A stretch of 32,000 bases of DNA, from assembly GCA_051388875.1 (NCBI GenBank), contig JBMFFR010000001.1:58876-90875 (forward strand), in the 5' to 3' direction. How positions within the stretch are numbered: position 1 is the first letter of the stretch; every line of letters starts with the position of its first letter. The notes under the pieces were generated by a model, which saw only the letters and a program-made list of their open reading frames with translations, searched no databases and was not told the DNA's origin. Shown piece by piece: positions 27,357 to 32,000 of the stretch. The DNA comes from Candidatus Brocadiia bacterium JP1. GTDB taxonomy: Bacteria > Planctomycetota > Brocadiia > Brocadiales > Bathyanammoxibiaceae. The position numbers and the translations under genes were made by a program.

Positions 27357-28283
27357 ATGATTACAGAGGCTCGCATCCATCCCGGCAAAAGGGGTGCCCC
27401 TTCATATGTCTTTCTAAATGGCGATATGGTGCTGGAGGATGAGGCTCTGGTATCTATTCGGGATAGGGGTTTTCTCTACGGGGACGGAATTTTTGAAACC
27501 TTGCGTTCCTATGACGGCAAGCCCTTTCTTCTCAGAGAGCATCTCCAGCGATTGGATTCTTCCGCGCAAGCCCTGGAGATACCCCTCACTTATAGCCCTC
27601 AGGAGTTACGCAAGGCTGTTGAAAGCCTTCTGGTGCTTAACAAGGTAGCAGACGCAATCATACGAATCACGCTCACCCGCGGCGAGAGCCCCCACTATGG
27701 ACTCCAACCCCCAAAGAAGCACACACCAACCCTTATCATACAGTGTCACCCCTTTCAGCCTCACCCTGAAGAATATTACAAAAACGGCTTGAATCTTATA
27801 ATTTCTACCTATCTTCGTAGTGTTTCATGTCCTATATTCAGGCATAAGACTGCTAACTTCCTCACGGCGGTAATGGCCAAGCAGGAGGCTACTAGAAAGG
27901 GCGCCCACGATGCCCTTTTCCTTAACACAAATGGTCACGTCTGCGAGGCTACCACGAGTAATATCTTCCTGGTAGAATCTGGAAAGGTAATCACCCCCTC
28001 CTTAGAGGCTAATATCCTCCCTGGAATAACCAGGGAAAAGGTCTTAGAGCTATGCAAGCAAGAGGGCATCCCTGCCTCAGAGGAGCTATTTGATAAAGAA
28101 AGGCTATGTGGGGCGGAGGAAGTTTTTTTGACCAACTCTCTGGCAGAAATAGTGCCAGTCTCCCAAATTGAGGACAAACCGATAAGTAAGCCAGTGCCTG
28201 GAAAGCTAACATGTTGTGTTACAGAAACTTACAAAAAGTTAGTGGAAGTCGGCTCAAGCGTTAATAAGCCGATTTCTTTCTGA
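27357..28283 (+). CDS. pabC: Class IV (PLP) aminotransferase / 4-amino-4-deoxychorismate lyase-like
   Basis: IRDRGFLYGDGIFETLRSYDGKPFLLREHLQRLDSSA, HKTANFLTAVMAKQEA, EATTSNIFLV, GITREKVLEL; adjacency to pabB supports the lyase assignment. Confidence 0.75.
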   Translation: MITEARIHPGKRGAPSYVFLNGDMVLEDEALVSIRDRGFLYGDGIFETLRSYDGKPFLLREHLQRLDSSAQALEIPLTYSPQELRKAVESLLVLNKVADAIIRITLTRGESPHYGLQPPKKHTPTLIIQCHPFQPHPEEYYKNGLNLIISTYLRSVSCPIFRHKTANFLTAVMAKQEATRKGAHDALFLNTNGHVCEATTSNIFLVESGKVITPSLEANILPGITREKVLELCKQEGIPASEELFDKERLCGAEEVFLTNSLAEIVPVSQIEDKPISKPVPGKLTCCVTETYKKLVEVGSSVNKPISF

Positions 28284-28417
28284 ACTTTGAGCAAAATTGG
28301 GACACCTTGACGTCTCGTAACTAAATTCTCAGGGACTTATTGTCATTGCTAGTCCGCAATAATCCTTCTTGACTTTACTGAATAATATAAGAAAATCATG
28401 AAATAAAAGGAATTGTC

Positions 28418-29311
28418 TTGGAGAAATTTATGGATAGAGATAAGCCTATTGTCAATAATGAGTTACCTCTAATTGTACCTCACATTTCAGGTGAAAAATT
28501 AAAACGCACAAGAAGTCTAAAGCGTGCAAATGATTTAAATGGCAAGACCTGGTTACAATACTCTATAAGCGTCTGGAACGATATTAAAAAAACTAGCGAA
28601 GAGATTAAGCTTAAACATCCTGCGATGTTTCCCTCCCCGCTTGCTGAAAGGCTCATACAGGTATATACAACTAACCAACAAAAAAATATCTTAGACCCAT
28701 TTGTCGGTGTGGGATCAACCCTTTTGGCAGCAAAGAACCTTGGTAAACACGGAGTAGGATTTGATATTTCAAAGGAGTATGTTGAAATTGCACAAAATAG
28801 ACTCAACCAGGGACACTTTGCTGAAAAGGGCGAATATAAATTATACTGTGAAGATGCTAGAAACTTGTTTAATCATGTTAGAAGAGGTACGATAGACTTG
28901 TGTATCACCTCCCCTCCATATTGGAATATCCTTTCACAAAAAAGAACCGCAGACTCTAAAGAAATCCGTGATTATGCTGAAAAGGGCAGCAATCTAGGAA
29001 TCATCCAGGATTATAAGGCCTTTTTACAAGAATTGAGGGCTATCTTTGCAAAGGTCAAGACTGTTTTAAAACCATTTGCCCGCTGTTGTGTCATAGTGAT
29101 GGACATAAGAAAAGGGCCAAAATTTTATCCTTTTCATATGGATATAACTCGTTTTATGACAGAAGACTTAGGATTTATCTTAGAGGACATTATAATTTGG
29201 GATAGAAGGTCGGAGTATAACAATCTAAGACCTTTAGGTTATCCTTCAGTTTTTCGTATTAATAAAATACATGAATTTATTCTTATATTCCAAAAGCTAA
29301 AAGAACATTAA
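28418..29311 (+). CDS. DNA methyltransferase of the N4-cytosine/N6-adenine type (SPPY)
   Basis: KNILDPFVGVGSTLLAAKNLGKHGVGFDI (SAM-binding motif I) and IDLCITSPPYW (catalytic motif IV). Confidence 0.9.
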   Translation: MEKFMDRDKPIVNNELPLIVPHISGEKLKRTRSLKRANDLNGKTWLQYSISVWNDIKKTSEEIKLKHPAMFPSPLAERLIQVYTTNQQKNILDPFVGVGSTLLAAKNLGKHGVGFDISKEYVEIAQNRLNQGHFAEKGEYKLYCEDARNLFNHVRRGTIDLCITSPPYWNILSQKRTADSKEIRDYAEKGSNLGIIQDYKAFLQELRAIFAKVKTVLKPFARCCVIVMDIRKGPKFYPFHMDITRFMTEDLGFILEDIIIWDRRSEYNNLRPLGYPSVFRINKIHEFILIFQKLKEH

Positions 29312-29316
29312 AAACT

Positions 29317-30270
29317 ATGCTCATTACAAAAAACCAGGATTATATGGATGAGGATGTAGCATATTTATTAGGGCTTATTCTTGTGAGGGGCACACTTACA
29401 GAAGACAAAGACATAAAAAGATTAGCTATAGAATTTCCTTACAAGTCATTGGAGGCTAAAGGAATAAGCACTTCCTACAACCAAAAATCAGCGTTGCAAT
29501 TATCAGCCAATTCTATTAGAGACCGAATAAATGAGCTGCTAGGCGTTGATTTGAAGGTAGAGAATATGAGTGGTTCAGTAGTCCTTTCCGCAGTCTTTAC
29601 AAAAAATACTCTGGCGTGGAGAAATTTAAAGTTACTTTTAGGAGATAAGAGTAGTTACTCCGAATTTGAACTTAATCCGATTTTCTATGAGTTCGAAATA
29701 AGTATTAAAAAGGAATTGGTTAGGGGTATAGCAGATGCCACAGGATTTATAAGGCCTTCTAACGAATATTATGGCAGACATAGAATTTATCTAGAAATAA
29801 ACAATGCTAATTGGTATTTACCTATTCAAATATGTAAGCTGTTACAAGAGATGGGTGTAGGTGTGCAGTTAATACAATGGGGTCATCCTAACATGAGGGA
29901 GCCCGGCAAGACAGACGTGGATGCCGAAAAGTCTTCGTGGGCAAGGGAACACCAAATTAAGATATTTGCGGAAGAGTTTGAATCGGTAGGTTTTTACTCC
30001 CCACACAAACAAAAGATATTGGAAGAATTTGCTGAGTATAATAAAAATATGTTCAAGAAAAAGCATGAAGAGTGTAACCCTTTAGAAAAAGGGATAAGAG
30101 AGCCTAAGCCTAAACATCCTTGTGAAAACCACCTGAAGATACCTACCGAAATAAGAGGAAGGCATTTTGATGGGTACTGGCAAATATGTCAGGGATTAGG
30201 TTGCATGCAGGGTAAACCAAGTCAGCAGATAAGCTTTGACTTTATGGATGTATTAGAAAGCGATGTATAG
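29317..30270 (+). CDS. Protein with two LAGLIDADG-like segments, possible endonuclease
   Basis: [20 protein letters not shown] and [19 protein letters not shown] resemble paired LAGLIDADG helices; C-terminal Cys/His set HPCENH...CQGLGC. Confidence 0.6.
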   Translation: MLITKNQDYMDEDVAYLLGLILVRGTLTEDKDIKRLAIEFPYKSLEAKGISTSYNQKSALQLSANSIRDRINELLGVDLKVENMSGSVVLSAVFTKNTLAWRNLKLLLGDKSSYSEFELNPIFYEFEISIKKELVRGIADATGFIRPSNEYYGRHRIYLEINNANWYLPIQICKLLQEMGVGVQLIQWGHPNMREPGKTDVDAEKSSWAREHQIKIFAEEFESVGFYSPHKQKILEEFAEYNKNMFKKKHEECNPLEKGIREPKPKHPCENHLKIPTEIRGRHFDGYWQICQGLGCMQGKPSQQISFDFMDVLESDV

Positions 30271-30757
30271 TAAAGAATCACAGATGTATCCTCCCGTGAG
30301 ATACTGGTTAACCTCTTTATTAAAAGAGAAGCACAAGAAAAAAAAAGTAATTGTAGAAGATACTTCTAAAATTACATTAAGACGATTTATAGAAGATACT
30401 AGCCTCCAGAGGGCCTTTCCCCAATATATTGCTTATGACATAAAACTAGATGTAACAGGCTTTATAATTGATTCTGAAGCTAGTGCAGAGTTAGTATTTG
30501 TTGAGTGCAAGTTGGCCCCACTTACTCTTAGAGATTTGTGTCAGTTAATAGGATATAGCCTCGTTGCACGACCTAGTTATGCTTTTTTATTGTCTCCTGC
30601 TGGGATAAGCGATGCATTAAAATTTCTGATACAAATTCATGGAAGGTATGACATCCTTAGATATAATAAAGATAAGTTTATAAGGATTTCACAATGGGAT
30701 CCATCACGTTGCGAAATAATTCCATCAACTACCCTACCCCCAGGCATGCATGTTTAG
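30263..30757 (+). CDS. Small PD-(D/E)XK nuclease-like protein
   Basis: [54 protein letters not shown]: D..(E)xK core followed by a QLxGY helix; overlaps the upstream ORF by 8 nt. Confidence 0.65.
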   Translation: MYSKESQMYPPVRYWLTSLLKEKHKKKKVIVEDTSKITLRRFIEDTSLQRAFPQYIAYDIKLDVTGFIIDSEASAELVFVECKLAPLTLRDLCQLIGYSLVARPSYAFLLSPAGISDALKFLIQIHGRYDILRYNKDKFIRISQWDPSRCEIIPSTTLPPGMHV

Positions 30758-30891
30758 CTTTGTTGTATAGGAAACTTTGTTAAGTTGACCTGTTATTCGC
30801 CTGGAAAGCACTCCTCTCTTTTTCTTCATAGACACTATGCTCACAATTACTGTCTTTTTGTTTAAGGTGAATGAACGGACTTTATTCCCCC

Positions 30892-32000
30892 TTACCACCC
30901 CCTTTCCTCTGAGTAGGTACCGAAGGGGATGGAGGGTTCTTCTATTACAGGTCTAGTGGGAGTGGTTTCTTCTGCGGAGGGTTCTTGTTTTTCTAAAAAC
31001 TGGAGGCGGAACAACTTAGAATACAGGTTTCCTCCGGAGAGGAGTTCTTCGTGGGTGCCTTTCTCCACGATTCGCCCCCCGTCCAGGACAACTATCAGGT
31101 CTGCGTGTAGTATGGTAGAGAGACGATGGGCAATGACGAAGGTGGTACGGTTTTCTACTAAGCAGTAAATGGCCTCCTGGATGAGCCTTTCGGTCTCTGC
31201 ATCTACGGAGCTAGTGGCCTCATCCAGTATAAGAATCCTCGGGTCAGCCAGTATTGCCCTAGCTATGGCAAGTCGCTGTCGCTGTCCGCCGGAGAGTTTC
31301 ACCCCTCTTTCTCCAACCACGGTGTCATACCCCTGGGGTAGGGATAGGATAAAGTTATGAGCCCCCGCCATCTCGGCTGCCCTGATTATTTCCTCCTCTG
31401 TGGCCTCTGGTTTTCCATAGGTAATGTTGTTTCTAACAGTATCGTTAAAAAGGAAGGCTTCTTGTAGCACCATAGCCATCTGTCGCCTCAGGGACTGGGA
31501 TTTCACCTGCCTGAGGTCTTGCCCATCTATCAGGATTGAGCCTTCGGTAGGATCGTAAAATCTTGGCAGTAAATAGGTTAGGGTTGTTTTACCAGCCCCA
31601 CTGGGGCCTACCAATGCCACCATTTGCCCGGGCTCTACCTCCAGGTTGATGTCCTCAAGCACTTTAACCCCGTTGGGGTAGCTGAAGTGTACTCTCTTAA
31701 ATTCTACATAACCTTGCAAGTAGGGCAATTCAATTGCCTTGGAGTCATCATGTAAGGACGGTTTGGTGTCAAGCACTTCAAAGACCCTCTCTGTGGAGGC
31801 AAGCGCCCTCTGGACAGTATTATAAAACCTTGTTATGCCGCTTATGGGTTCGTAGCTCATCCTGAGGTAAGGGAAGAAGATGACGAAGGTGCCTGCGCTC
31901 AATTCCCCTTTTAGCACTTTGTAGCCACCAAAACAGAGTACCACTACCGCCCCGGTCTCCACGAAGAGCTCCACTATGGGCTTATAGGTGGTGAATATTC
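30892..32000 (-). CDS. ABC transporter, fused permease/ATP-binding (MsbA-like), partial at window end
   Basis: GPSGAGKTTLTYLLPRFYDPTEG (Walker A), LSGGQRQRLAIARAILADPRILILDEATSSVD (signature and Walker B), VENRTTFVIAHRLSTI; permease segment upstream. The track ORF begins at 31974, and the true start is probably outside the window. Confidence 0.93.
   Translation of the reverse strand, partial: IFTTYKPIVELFVETGAVVVLCFGGYKVLKGELSAGTFVIFFPYLRMSYEPISGITRFYNTVQRALASTERVFEVLDTKPSLHDDSKAIELPYLQGYVEFKRVHFSYPNGVKVLEDINLEVEPGQMVALVGPSGAGKTTLTYLLPRFYDPTEGSILIDGQDLRQVKSQSLRRQMAMVLQEAFLFNDTVRNNITYGKPEATEEEIIRAAEMAGAHNFILSLPQGYDTVVGERGVKLSGGQRQRLAIARAILADPRILILDEATSSVDAETERLIQEAIYCLVENRTTFVIAHRLSTILHADLIVVLDGGRIVEKGTHEELLSGGNLYSKLFRLQFLEKQEPSAEETTPTRPVIEEPSIPFGTYSEERGW

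Noticed and set aside
28418-30757. Ordinary homing-endonuclease insertion
   Set aside because: The LAGLIDADG-like ORF is free-standing and the neighbouring MTase ORF looks complete, so no intron or intein context was found. This was judged by eye only.
1-32000. tRNA, rRNA, CRISPR array, transposase
   Set aside because: None recognised on reading. A tRNAscan/Infernal/CRISPR search was not run and would be needed to exclude them.

Overview
This 32 kb bacterial window contains mostly chromosomal genes read from the six-frame track, with a few accessory-looking blocks. In order: a NusB ORF that runs in frame into a PHP phosphoesterase domain; ribH; a TatC with an extra TM and a FecR-like C-terminal domain; a minus-strand group (HtrA-like PDZ protease, DnaJ/zinc-ribbon/RDD membrane protein with an apparent -1 frame break, repeat lipoprotein without a usual start); acsA; mtnP; a secreted matrixin; an HprK/PEPCK-like P-loop protein with a DnaJ protein; purC; a PD-(D/E)XK-like ORF; nth; a roughly 7.8 kb type II fatty-acid/polyketide-like cluster (acpS, B12-type radical SAM, KS-alpha, catalytically dead KS-beta, OYE/dienoyl-CoA reductase, fabG, small isomerase-like protein); pabB and pabC-like genes; a compact three-gene cassette (SPPY DNA methyltransferase, LAGLIDADG-like protein, PD-(D/E)XK-like protein); and a partial ABC exporter. 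The best candidates for something undescribed are the MTase/LAGLIDADG-like/PD-(D/E)XK cassette at 28418-30757 and the KS-alpha/KS-beta cluster at 17796-25602. The gene mix would fit a Planctomycete/anammox-like or other deep-branching bacterium, but taxonomy cannot be established from sequence reading alone. No tRNA, rRNA, CRISPR array or transposase was recognised.
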